Positions 45,001 through 57,300 of a stretch of 64,000 nucleotides of DNA are shown here, in pieces. This stretch comes from Auanema rhodensis (Eukaryota; Animalia; Nematoda). The DNA lies in the NCBI GenBank assembly GCA_964057225.1, contig OZ059896.1:6138001-6202000 (forward strand), written 5' to 3'. A program made the translations under genes and the position numbers. Numbering within the stretch: position 1 is the first letter of the stretch; the number at the start of each line of letters is the position of its first letter. The notes under the pieces are model-generated. The model was given only the letters and a program-made list of their open reading frames with translations, did no database searches and was not told the origin of the DNA.

Positions 45001-48000
45001 TGAATGTACATGTGATGTGCACCTGGTATGTAACTCGCTTCACGTGAAAGAAAAAAAGATGCGGTTTTCAAAATTAGATTCCCCATGTCCATATTAGTCT
45101 AAAAACAAATTTTTATTAATATTGGTTCATGGTAACCATGACTTTGAAATTTACGTGAACTTTAATTTATGCTAATTAAATGTACACTTGATGTGCACTT
45201 GATATGTAACTCGCTTCACGTGAAAGATAAAGAGATGCGGTTTTTAAAATTGGATTCTCCATGTCCATATTAGTCTAAAAACAAATTTTTATTGATATTG
45301 GTGCATGGTAACCATGACTTTGAAATTTACGTGAACTTTAATTTATGCTAATTAAATATACACGTGATGTGCACTTGGTATGTAACTCGCTTCACGTGGA
45401 AAATAAAGAAATGCGGTTTTTAAAATTAAATTCCCCATGTCCATATTAGTCTAAAAACAAATTTTAATTCATATTGGTGCATGGTAACCATGACTTTGAA
45501 ATTTACGTGAACTTTAATTTATGCTAATTAAATATACACGTGATGTGCACTTGGTATGTAACTCGCTTCACGTGAAAGATAAAAAGATGCGGTTTTCAAA
45601 ATTAGATTCCCCATGTCCATATTAGTCTAAAAACGAATTTTTATTGATATTGGTGCATGGTAACCATGACTTTGAAATTTACGTCAACTTTAATTTATGC
45701 TAATTAAATATACACGTGATGTGCCCTTGGTATGTAACTCGCTTTACGTGAAAGATAAAGAGATGCGGTTTTCAAAATTAGATTCCCCATGTCCATATTA
45801 GTCTAAAAACAAATTTTTATTGATATTGGTGCATGGTAACCATGACTTTGAAATTTACGTGAACTTTAATTTATGCTAATTGAATGTACATGTGATGTGC
45901 ACCTGGTATGTAACTCGCTTCACGTGAAAGAAAAAAAGATGCGGTTTTCAAAATTAGATTCCCCATGTCCATATTAGTCTAAAAACAAATTTTTATTAAT
46001 ATTGGTTCATGGTAACCATGACTTTGAAATTTACGTGAACTTTAATTTATGCTAATTAAATGTACACTTGATGTGCACTTGATATGTAACTCGCTTCACG
46101 TGAAAGATAAAGAGATGCGGTTTTTAAAATTGGATTCTCCATGTCCATATTAGTCTAAAAACAAATTTTTATTGATATTGGTGCATGGTAACCATGACTT
46201 TGAAATTTACGTGAACTTTAATTTATGCTAATTAAATATACACGTGATGTGCACTTGGTATGTAACTCGCTTCACGTGAAAGATAAAGAGATGCGGTTTC
46301 CAAAATTAGATTCCCCATGTCCATATTAGTCTAAAAACAATTTTTATTGATATTGGTGCATGGTAACCATGACTTTGAAATTTACGTGTACTTTAATTTA
46401 TGCTAATTAAATGTACACGTGATGTGCACTTGGTATGTAACTCGCTTCACGTGAAAGATAAAGAGATGCGGTTTCCAAAATTAGATTCCCCATGTCCATA
46501 TTAGTCTAAAAACAAATTTTATTGATATTGGTGCATGGTAACCATGACTTTGAAATTTACGTGTACTTTAATTTATGCTAATTAAATGTACACGTGATGT
46601 GCACTTGGTATGTAACTCGCTTCACGTGAAAGATAAAGAGATGCGGTTTTCAAAATTAGATTCCCCATGTCCATATTAGTCTAAAAACAAATTTTTATTG
46701 ATATTGGTTCATGGTAATCATGACTTTGAAATTTACTTGAACTTTAATTTATTCTAATTAAATGTACACGTGATGTGCACTTGGTATGTAACTCGCTTCA
46801 CGTGAAAGATAAAGAGATGCGGTTTCCAAAATTAGATTCCCCATGTCCATATTAGTCTAAAAACAATTTTTATTGATATTGGTGCATGGTAACCATGACT
46901 TTGAAATTTACGTGAACTTTAATTTATGCTAATTAAATGTACACTTGATGTGCACTTGATATGTAACTCGCTTCACGTGAAAGATAAAGAGATGCGGTTT
47001 TTAAAATTGGATTCTCCATGTCCATATTAGTCTAAAAACAAATTTTTATTGATATTGGTTCATGGTAATCATGACTTTGAAATTTACTTGAACTTTAATT
47101 TATTCTAATTAAATGTACACGTGATGTGCACTTGGTATGTAACTCGCTTCACGTGAAAGATAAAGAGATGCGGTTTCCAAAATTAGATTCCCCATGTCCA
47201 TATTAGTCTAAAAACAATTTTTATTGATATTGGTGCATGGTAACCATGACTTTGAAATTTACGTGTACTTTAATTTATGCTAATTAAATGTACACGTGAT
47301 GTGCACTTGGTATGTAACTCGCTTCACGTGAAAGATAAAGAGATGCGGTTTCCAAAATTAGATTCCCCATGTCCATATTAGTCTAAAAACAAATTTTATT
47401 GATATTGGTGCATGGTAACCATGACTTTGAAATTTACATGAACTTTAATTTATGCTAATTAAATGTACACGTGATGTGCACTTGGTATGTAACTCGCTTC
47501 ACGTGAAAGATAAAGAGATGCGGTTTTCAAAATTAGATTCACCATGTCCATATTAGTCTAAAAACAAATTTTTATTGATATTGGTTAATGGTAACCATGA
47601 CTTTGAAATTTACGTGAACTTTAATTTATTCTAATTAAATGTACACGTGATGTGCACTTGGTATGTGACTCGCTTCACGTGAAAGATAAAGAGATGCGGT
47701 TTGCAAAATTAGATTCCCCATGTCCATATTAGTCTAAAAACAAATTTTTATTGATATTGGTTAATGGTAACCATGACTTTGAAATTTACGTGAACTTTAA
47801 TTTATGCTAAATAAATGTACACGTGATGTGCACCTGGAATGTAACTCGCTTCACGTGAAAGATAAAGAGATGCGGTTTTCAAAATTAGATTCCCCATGTC
47901 CATATTAGTCTAAAAACAAATTTTTATTGATATTGGTTCATGCTAACCATGACTTTGAAATTTACGTGAACTTTAATTTATGCTAATTGAATGTACACGT

Positions 48001-51000
48001 GATGTGCACTTGGTATGTAACTCGCTTCACGTGAAAGATAAAGAGATGCGGTTTTCGAAATTAGATTCCCCATGTCCATATTAGTCTAAAAACAAATTTT
48101 TATTGATATTGGTGCATGGTAACCATGACTTTGAAATTTACGTGAACTTTAATTTATGCTAATTAAATGTACACGTGATGTGCACTTGGTATGTAACTCG
48201 CTTCACGTGAAAGATAAAGAGATGCGGTTTTCAAAATTAGATTCCCCATGTCCATATTAGTCTAAAAACAAATTTTTATTGATATTGGTTCATGGTAACC
48301 ATGACTTTGAAATTTACGTGAACTTTAATTTATGCTAATTAAATGTACACGTGATGTGCACTTGGTATGTAACTCGCTTCACGTGAAAGATAAAGAGATG
48401 CGGTTTTCAAAATTAGATTCCCCATGTCCATATTAGTCTAAAAACAAATTGTTATTGATATTGGTGCATGGTAACCATGACTTTGAAATTTACGTGAACT
48501 TTAATTTATGCTAATTAAATGTACACGTGATGTGCACTTGGTATGTAACTCGCTTCACGTGAAAGATAAAGAGATGCGGTTTTCAAAATTAGATTCCCCA
48601 TGTCCATATTAGTCTAAAAACAAATTTTTATTGATATTGGTTCATGGTAATCATGACTTTGAAATTTACTTGAACTTTAATTTATTCTAATTAAATGTAC
48701 ACGTGATGTGCACTTGGTATGTAACTCGCTTCACGTGAAAGATAAAGAGATGCGGTTTTGAAAATTAGATTCCCCATGTCCATATTAGTCTAAAAACAAA
48801 ATTTTATTGATATTGGTGCATGGTAACCATGAGTTTGAAATTTACGTGAACTTTAATTTATGCTAATTAAATGTACACGTGATGTGCACTTGGTATGTAA
48901 CTCGCTTCACGTGAAAGATAAAGAGATGCGGTTTTCAAAATTAGATACCCCATGTCCATATTAGTCTAAAAACAAATTTTTATTAATATTGGTTCATGGT
49001 AACCATGACTTTGAAATTTACGTGAACTTTAATTTATGCTAATTAAATGTACACTTGATGTGCACTTGATATGTAACTCGCTTCACGTGAAAGATAAAGA
49101 GATGCGGTTTTTAAAATTGGATTCTCCATGTCCATATTAGTCTAAAAACAAATTTTTATTGATATTGGTTCATGGTAATCATGACTTTGAAATTTACTTG
49201 AACTTTAATTTATTCTAATTAAATGTACACGTGATGTGCACTTGGTATGTAACTCGCTTCACGTGAAAGATAAAGAGATGCGGTTTCCAAAATTAGATTC
49301 CCCATGTCCATATTAGTCTAAAAACAATTTTTATTGATATTGGTGCATGGTAACCATGACTTTGAAATTTACGTGTACTTTAATTTATGCTAATTAAATG
49401 TACACGTGATGTGCACTTGGTATGTAACTCGCTTCACGTGAAAGATAAAGAGATGCGGTTTCCAAAATTAGATTCCCCATGTCCATATTAGTCTAAAAAC
49501 AAATTTTATTGATATTGGTGCATGGTAACCATGACTTTGAAATTTACGTGAACTTTAATTTATGCTAATTAAATATACACGTGATGTGCACTTGATATGT
49601 AACTCGCTTCACGTGAAAGATAAAGAGATGCGGTTTTCAAAATTAGATACCCCATGTCCATATTAGTCTAAAAACAAATTTTTATTGATATTGGTGCATG
49701 GTAACCATGACTTTGAAATTTACATGAACTTTAATTTATGCTAATTAAATGTACACTTGATGTGCACTTGATATGTAACTCGCTTCACGTGAAAGATAAA
49801 AAGATGCGGTTTTCAAAATTAGATTCCCCATGTCCATATTAGTCTAAAAACAAATTTTTATTGATATTGGTGCATGGTAACCATGACTTTGAAATTTACG
49901 TCAACTTTTATTTATGCTAATTAAATGTACACGTGATGTGCTCTTGGTATGTAACTCGCTTCACGTGAAAGATAAAGAGATGCGGTTTTCAAAATTAGAT
50001 TCCCCATGTCCATATTAGTCTAAAAACGAATTTTTATTGATATTGGTGCATGGTAACCATGACTTTGAAATTTACGTCAACTTTTATTTATGCTAATTAA
50101 ATGTACACGTGATGTGCTCTTGGTATGTAACTCGCTTCACGTGAAAGATAAAGAGATGCGGTTTTCAAAATTAGATTCCCCATGTCCATATTAGTCTAAA
50201 AACAAATTTTTATTCATATTGGTGCATGGTAACCATGACTTTGAAATTTACGTTCACTTTAATTTATGCTAATTAAATGTACACTTGATGTGCACTTGAT
50301 ATGTAACTCGCTTCACGTGAAAGATAAAGAGATGCGGTTTTCAAAATTAGATTCCCCATGTCCATATTAGTCTAAAAACAAATTTTTATTGATATTGGTG
50401 CATGGTAACCATGACTTTGAAATTTACGTGAACTTTAATTTATGCTAATTAAATATACACGTGATGTGCACTTGGTATGTAACTCGCTTCACGTGAAAGA
50501 TAAAGAGATGCGGTTTTCAAAATTAGATTCCCCATGTCCATATTAGTCTAAAAACAAATTTTTATTGATATTGGTGCATGGTAACCATGACTTTGAAATT
50601 TACGTGAACTTTTATTTATGCTAATTAAATGTACACGTGATGTGCACTTGGTATGTAACTCGCTTCCTGTAAAAGATAAAGAGATGCGGTTTTTAAACTT
50701 AGATTCCCCATTTCCATATTAGTCTAAAAACAAATTTTTATTGATATTGGTGCATGGTAACCATGACTTTGAAATTTACGTGAACTTTAATTTATGCTAA
50801 TTAAATGTACACGTGATGTGCTCTTGGTATGTAACTCGCTTCACGTGAAAGATAAAGAGATGTGGTTTTCAAAAATAGATTCCCCATGTCCATATTAGTC
50901 TAAAAATGAATTTTTATTGATATTGGTGCATGGTAACCATGACTTTGAAATTTACGTGCACTTTAATTTATGCTAATTAAATATACACGTGATGTGCATT

Positions 51001-52678
51001 TGGTATGTAACTCGCTTCACGTGGAAAATAAAGAGATGCGGTTTTCAAAATTAGATTCCCCATGTCCATATTAGTCTAAAAACAAATTTTTATTGATATT
51101 GGTTCATGGTAACCATGACTTTGAAATTTACGTGAACTTTAATTTATGCTAATTAAATGTACACTTGATGTGCACTTGATATGTAACTCGCTTCACGTGA
51201 AAGATAAAGAGATGCGGTTCTTAAAATTGGATTCTCCATGTCCATATTAGTCTAAAAACAAATTTTTATTGATATTGGTGCATGGTAACCATGACTTTGA
51301 AATTTACGTGAACTTTAATTTATGCTAATTAAATGTACACTTGATGTGCACTTGGTATGTAACTCGCTTCACGTGAAAGACAAAGAGATGCGGTTTTCAA
51401 AATTAGATTCCCCATGTCCATAATAGTCTAAAAACAAATTTTTATTGATATTGGTGCATGGTAACCATGACTTTGAAATTTACGTTCACTTTAATTTATG
51501 CTAATTAAATATACACGTGATGTGCACTTGGTATGTAACTCGCTTCACGTGGAAAATAAAGAGATGCGGTTTTCAAAATTAGATTCCCCATGTCCATATT
51601 AGTCTAAAAACAAATTTTTATTGATATTGGTGCATGGTAACCATGACTTTGAAATTTACGTGAACTTTAATTTATGCTAATTAAATATACACGTGATGTG
51701 CACTTGGTATGTAACTCGCTTCACGTGAAAAATAAAGAAATGCGGTTTTTAAAATTAAATTCCCCATGTCCATATTAGTCTAAAAACAAATTTTTATTCA
51801 TATTGGTGCATGGTAACCATGACTTTGAAATTTACGTGAACTTTAATTTATGCTAATTAAATGTACACGTGATGTGCACCTGGTATGTAACTCGCTTCAC
51901 GTGAAAGATAAAAAGATGCGGTTTTCTAAATTAGATTCCCCATGTCCATATTAGTCTAAAAACAAATTTTTATTGATATTGGTTCATGGTAACCATGACT
52001 TTGAAATTTACGTGAACTTTAATTTATGCTAATTAAATGTACACGTGATGTGCACCTGGTATGTAACTCGCTTCACGTGAAAGATAAAAAGATGCGGTTT
52101 TCTAAATTAGATTCCCCATGTCCATATTAGTCTAAAAACAAATTTTTATTGATATTGGTTCATGGTAACCATGACTTTGAAATTTACGTGAACTTTAATT
52201 TATGCTAATTAAATGTACACGTGATGTGCACTTGGTATGTAACTCGCTTCACGTGAAAGATAAAGAGATGCGGTTTCCAAAATTAGATACCCCATGTCCA
52301 TATTAGTCTAAAAACAAATTTTTATTGATATTGGTGCATGGTAACCATGACTTTGAAATTTACGTGAACTTTAATTTATGCTAATTAAATGTACACGTGA
52401 TGTGCACTTGGTATGTAACTCGCTTCACGTGAAAGATAAAGAGATGCGGTTTCCAAAATTAGATACCCCATGTCCATATTAGTCTAAAAACAAATTTTTA
52501 TTGATATTGGTGCATGGTAACCATGACTTTGAAATTTACGTGAACTTTAATTTATGCTAATTAAATGTACACGTGATGTGCACTTGGTGAGTAACTCGCT
52601 TCACGTGAAAGATAAAGAGATGCGGTTTTCAAAATTAGATTCTGCATGTCCATATTAGTCTACAAACATGGTTTTATT
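1..52678. repeat. Tandem satellite DNA array, 176-bp monomer, ~299 copies, all same orientation; continues beyond the left edge of the window
   Basis: Monomer recurs every 176 bp (ACGTGAAA at 1, 177, 353...). Consensus ~ACGTGAAAGATAAAGAGATGCGGTTTTCAAAATTAGATTCCCCATGTCCATATTAGTCTAAAAACAAATTTTTATTGATATTGGTGCATGGTAACCATGACTTTGAAATTTACGTGAACTTTAATTTATGCTAATTAAATGTACACGTGATGTGCACTTGGTATGTAACTCGCTTC. Copies differ by a few substitutions and occasional 1-3 bp indels. The last, partial and more diverged copy ends at ~52678. Confidence 0.99.
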
Positions 52679-52700
52679 ATTATTTTTTATTTTATATATA

Positions 52701-52902
52701 TTATTTATTATCAGATATCTCTGCTGCTAAATCTGATCTGGAAGAAAAGATTAAATAATATTTAGTTTTCATCGCAAAAAGCTCACTTAGCGAGAAAGAC
52801 TCCTATGGGGACCGGGGTTCCCCCAGTTCTTGGACTACAGTCTAAGGACCATGAAGTTCCAAAATTTAATATAATATACAATAGTTTAAACCATGAAGCC
52901 AT
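52701..52902 (-). pseudogene. Truncated inverted copy of the gbb-2 5' end (exon 1 52787-52902, intron 52738-52786, partial exon 2 52737-52709); would encode a 50-aa peptide
   Basis: Mirror of 54140-54333. Spliced translation [52 protein letters not shown] and TAA (52709-52701) are read across the junction into the AT-rich linker. Confidence 0.85.
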
Positions 52903-54333
52903 GGCCTGCAACAAAACCTATATACAACAGTACATATATTTAAATTATATCCATAGAAATTTACACAGCAATTGTGTCAATCGGGAAGTGATGATTGTAC
53001 CTTTTCAAATTAATTATTTCTCAAAATAGAGTGAAATTCATTGAATATATGCAGTGGTGAAGTAAGGCAGCGCAGAAACAAAATCGATACGAAGCAGAGC
53101 AAGACACTTTATTGTGCCAGTTGTCCTCGACAGCGAGGCGGAGCTGTTTATCGTTGATTCTTCGGATGAATACGATATAATATTATTCATTAAAATTGAC
53201 ATCTACATTCAACAAACAATCACATTTTAGCATAAGGAATATCCCTAGTTGTGTAAAGATTTGCATGCATTGTTCAGGTTTTAACTTTTAACTATTATTG
53301 TTTAGGCTTAGCCTTTGCAGTATTCTACAAGTTCCACTGAGTTCACAATCTGAACTTTTTTGAAAAACTTTACTGTTTCAACGAGACAAATCGAATGGCT
53401 AATGTTAGTTAAAGTTCTTTTTGTTGAGATTTTTTGGAACTATTTATATTAGGTGTGCTCAAAAGTTTCTGGCCATCCGCACAAACATTTGAATAAAAAT
53501 ATTAAAATTAAAAAAAGCCATAAACCAAATTCAAAAATATATATAATAAGTAGATTTAATATTTTTAATATAAAAGTATTAAGTACCATTTATAGTATGA
53601 AAATAGAAAGATATATTTAAATTATATTATTAACTAACATTAGCCATTCGATTTGTCTCGTTGAAACAGTAAAGTTTTTCAAAAAAGTTCAGATTGTGAA
53701 CTCAGTGGAACTTGTAGAATACTGCAAAGGCTAAGCCTAAACAATAATAGTTAAAAGTTAAAACCTGAACAATGCATGCAAATCTTTACACAACTAGGGA
53801 TATTCCTTATGCTAAAATGTGATTGTTTGTTGAATGTAGATGTCAATTTTAATGAATAATATTATATCGTATTCATCCGAAGAATCAACGATAAACAGCT
53901 CCGCCTCGCTGTCGAGGACAACTGGCACAATAAAGTGTCTTGCTCTGCTTCGTATCGATTTTGTTTCTGCGCTGCCTTACTTCACCACTGCATATATTCA
54001 ATGAATTTCACTCTATTTTGAGAAATAATTAATTTGAAAAGGTACAATCATCACTTCCCGATTGACACAATTGCTGTGTAAATTTCTATGGATATAATTT
54101 AAATATATGTACTGTTGTATATAGGTTTTGTTGCAGGCCATGGCTTCATGGTTTAAACTATTGTATATTATATTAAATTTTGGAACTTCATGGTCCTTAG
54201 ACTGTAGTCCAAGAACTGGGGGAACCCCGGTCCCCATAGGAGTCTTTCTCGCTAAGTGAGCTTTTTGCGATGAAAACTAAATATTATTTAATCTTTTCTT
54301 CCAGATCAGATTTAGCAGCAGAGATATCTGATA
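52709..54333. repeat. Long inverted repeat (palindrome): arms 52709-53412 and 53630-54333 (704 bp each), 217-bp spacer 53413-53629
   Basis: Position p pairs with 107042-p at both arm ends; the mirrored 74-aa ORFs 52805-53029(+) and 54013-54237(-) obey the same sum. I found no mismatch when comparing the arms by eye. Confidence 0.97.
54127..54136 (+). promoter_or_regulatory. Candidate splice acceptor (possibly SL trans-splice site) just upstream of the gbb-2 start codon
   Basis: TTTGTTGCAG|GCCATG: a pyrimidine-rich AG ending 3 nt before the ATG at 54140, the usual arrangement for nematode trans-spliced genes. A mirror copy lies at 52906-52915 on the minus strand. Confidence 0.45.
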
Positions 54334-57300
54334 TTGAGCTACCCATGAGAACAGCTTTGCATTATATTCATAACCACTCGTGCATTTTGAACGGTTTTAA
54401 ATTGGAACCAATTTCTAAAGACACCGGGGTATGTTATCCTTGAATAGTTGATTTAAACCAAAACTTGATAATTCATTCTTTGACTGAGAAAATCAAAATT
54501 TTGCATTTGTGCGAACTTTACATTTTATTTAATTCAAGTGTGCTACATCGTTGGGAATGAGAGCGTTGTTTGAGTTGATTGCTGCTCGTCCACGTCCAGT
54601 TGCTATATTCGGTGGAATGTGCACAGAGGTTTCCAGCATTTCAAAACTTAAAAATCAATATTACTTTGTTACCAGGTCAATGAACCAGTCGCTATGGCAT
54701 TAAAGTATTGGCAAATTGTTCAGCTTAGTTATGCCGAAACACATCCTAAGTTTGCAAGCGCTGATTCCCAAGAGGTTTTTTATCTAGTCAACGAATCTTA
54801 TAAATACGCATTTGTATTATAGCTATACCCTACATTCTTTCGTATCATTCCTGGAGATAGAAATCTTAATAATGCTAAATGTCACCTAATAAACTTTTTT
54901 AAATGGAAAAAAGTTGGAACAATAAAGCAAAGTGACGAACCACGACACGCTTTGGTTATTATTTTGCAGTTTTTACTGTGTTTATCACTGTTTTTTAGCC
55001 TCATGAAACCTTGACAACAAAGTTAGAGCACGGTTACGGTATTCGTGTCGCATATACAGCTGGTATAACTTTGCGAGAACAAGAAAATATTGGGTTAGAG
55101 CTTGATAATTTGAAGGTAATAATGCATCATGAATTTAATTTTTAATTTTTGGTTATTAGGCTAAGGATGTACGTATAATTATAATGGATGTAGAGGAAAA
55201 AATGGTTACTTTAGTATTTTGTGAGGCATTCAGAAGGCATATGTATGGTGACTACTACGTTTGGATAATTCCCGGATATCATGCGAATATGTTTGTTATA
55301 CTCGCTTTCTGTAAAATTAGTTGTTCTACTAAGACAAGAATTTCAGATGGCAGCGTAGTAAAGGAAGCAACTGTAGCCGGGATGAACTAGAATTAGTATT
55401 TCGGAATCATTTTGCCCTTCAGCATGCTTTGTCAAGGAATGATGTGAACACAGAGATTGTTGGCGGCAAGGTTTGCATAGTTTTTCTTTAAATTGATCAA
55501 TTCTCCTATCTTTATTTGTTGCAAACACTGCTATTTTCTATATGATATCAGAAAGCCGGAGACATCTGGGACGAGTTGGCTGTGTCTTCCTCTTTATTAC
55601 GAGGATATGTATACGATGGTTTATGGGCTTTGTCAATTGCTTTAAGCCAGGCACTTGGTCGAGATGCTTCGTTTTCGCACGCAAAGCTATTAAATGCTAT
55701 ATATAATACTTCTTTTGAAGGCGTAACAGTACATTGCAATTTTTATAAATTTATATAATTAAAAACTATTTTTAGGGCCGTATACAATTTGAGAACAACG
55801 AGCGGTTGGGTCTTGTTGATATTATGCAATGGAGATCAAATGAATATATTTATGTAGGCCGATACGATGGAGCAGGGAATACTTTTACTATGGATAAATC
55901 TAAAATTAGTAATTTTTTTTTTTGTGTACTTTTAAATGCGAATTTAGAATGGAAGCCACCTCTGGACTCTACTATCATTGAGATTCGCAGTGAATATATT
56001 ACTTATTCTTTGTTCTCTGCAATGTCATTCGCTTCTCTAATTGGTATAGGTTTAGCAATACTATTTTTATTTCTAAACGTGAAATATCGGAATCATAGGT
56101 TGGTTTTTGCTCTCGACTCATCCCTACTTTTTCGTTCTTTTAGATTTATCAAAATGTCATCACCAAATCTAAATAATATAATTATTTTCGGATCCATTTT
56201 CACATTCGCGTCAGTTATACTTCTAGGTCTTGACACTCGTGTTTTGTCTTCAGATGAATTTGTGAAAATGTGCTACGTAAGTATAAATAACTGTTATTTA
56301 ATGAATGTTCTAAAACTTTGTTTAAGGCTAAAACTTGGACATTATCCTTAGGGTTTACTTTAGCTTTCGGAGCGATGTTTTCGAAAACGTGGAGGGTTCA
56401 TTCGATTTTTACTAATATTCGTATGGATAGAAAAGCTATAAAAGTCATTCATTACATATTTCTTTCCTCCTTAATTGTTATTCAGGATTCTAAACTATTT
56501 ATGATTTTGGGTTTTCTTCTGATGGTTGATATAATAGTTCTCTCTGCTTGGGCAATTTTTTCACCTTTTCACATTACTGCCACAGAACTGCCTAAAATAG
56601 TATATACTCGTGTTACAGTATATATTCTTATTAACTCCAACTATTTTAGCAAATGGACTATAATGTTATTGTGCCTATGGTTGAAAGGTGTCAATCAGAG
56701 TACTCCATGATTTTTCAAGCAACTCTTTATGTATCCAAGGGAGTTTTAATGGTAAATAAACCATAAACTTGAAAAAATAATTATACATATATTCTAGGTT
56801 TTGGGTTGCTTTTTGGCTTGGGAAACGCGACATGTGAATGTACCTGCTTTGAACGATAGTAAATACATTGGAATGAGTGTTTATGGAGTAGTAGTAACCA
56901 GTATTCTAGGATTAAGTATCAGCGTAATACTTCAGGTTTATTTTTTTTCAGTAAATACAACATTTTATATATCAGGAGAGGGTTAACGAGGCTTTTGCTC
57001 TCACCTCGTTTTTTATAATTTTTTCTACAACTGTAACCTTATGTCTGGTGTTTGTTCCGAAGGTATATACCATTTAATTTTATTTTTACACGAAAAAAAT
57101 AACAACTAGGTTGTGGAATTAATTCGTAATCCACAAGGAAGCGAACCTCGGGGTTACCGACGTGGTATGATGAAATCTGTCGTTGCAAAGTCCGCACCAT
57201 GTAATCAAATTGTATCGAATATTACAAAGTTAAAATTAATGACATATCACATACTTTATACATTCTTTTTTAGGAACATCCGAGAAGCAGATAAAGATTT

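Noticed and set aside
1-52678. CRISPR-like or rDNA/5S/SL-RNA tandem array
   Set aside because: There are no unique spacers, the context is eukaryotic, and I saw no 5S, SL1 or tRNA sequence in the monomer.
53302-53311. TTAGGCTTAG, a partial nematode telomere repeat in the palindrome arm (mirror at 53731-53740)
   Set aside because: Fewer than two units; too short to distinguish from chance.
53840-54004. 54-codon upstream ORF (MSILMNNIISYSSEE...) in a GC-richer patch of the arm
   Set aside because: No recognisable motif or supported splice structure in any frame; more likely promoter or UTR sequence.
52805-54237. Paired 74-aa ORFs (52805-53029 +, 54013-54237 -)
   Set aside because: They are antisense shadows of gbb-2 exon 1 and its upstream sequence, duplicated by the palindrome.
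52709-54333. MITE/foldback transposon with TA target-site duplication
   Set aside because: TA does flank both ends, but the right arm is needed as gbb-2 exon 1, intron 1 and the start of exon 2, with the frame continuous across the supposed terminus. The TA is simply the self-complementary end of the palindrome, and there is no transposase.
55343-55739. Minus-strand ORFs 55343-55528 and 55548-55739
   Set aside because: They are antisense to well-supported gbb-2 exons and have no independent coding signal.
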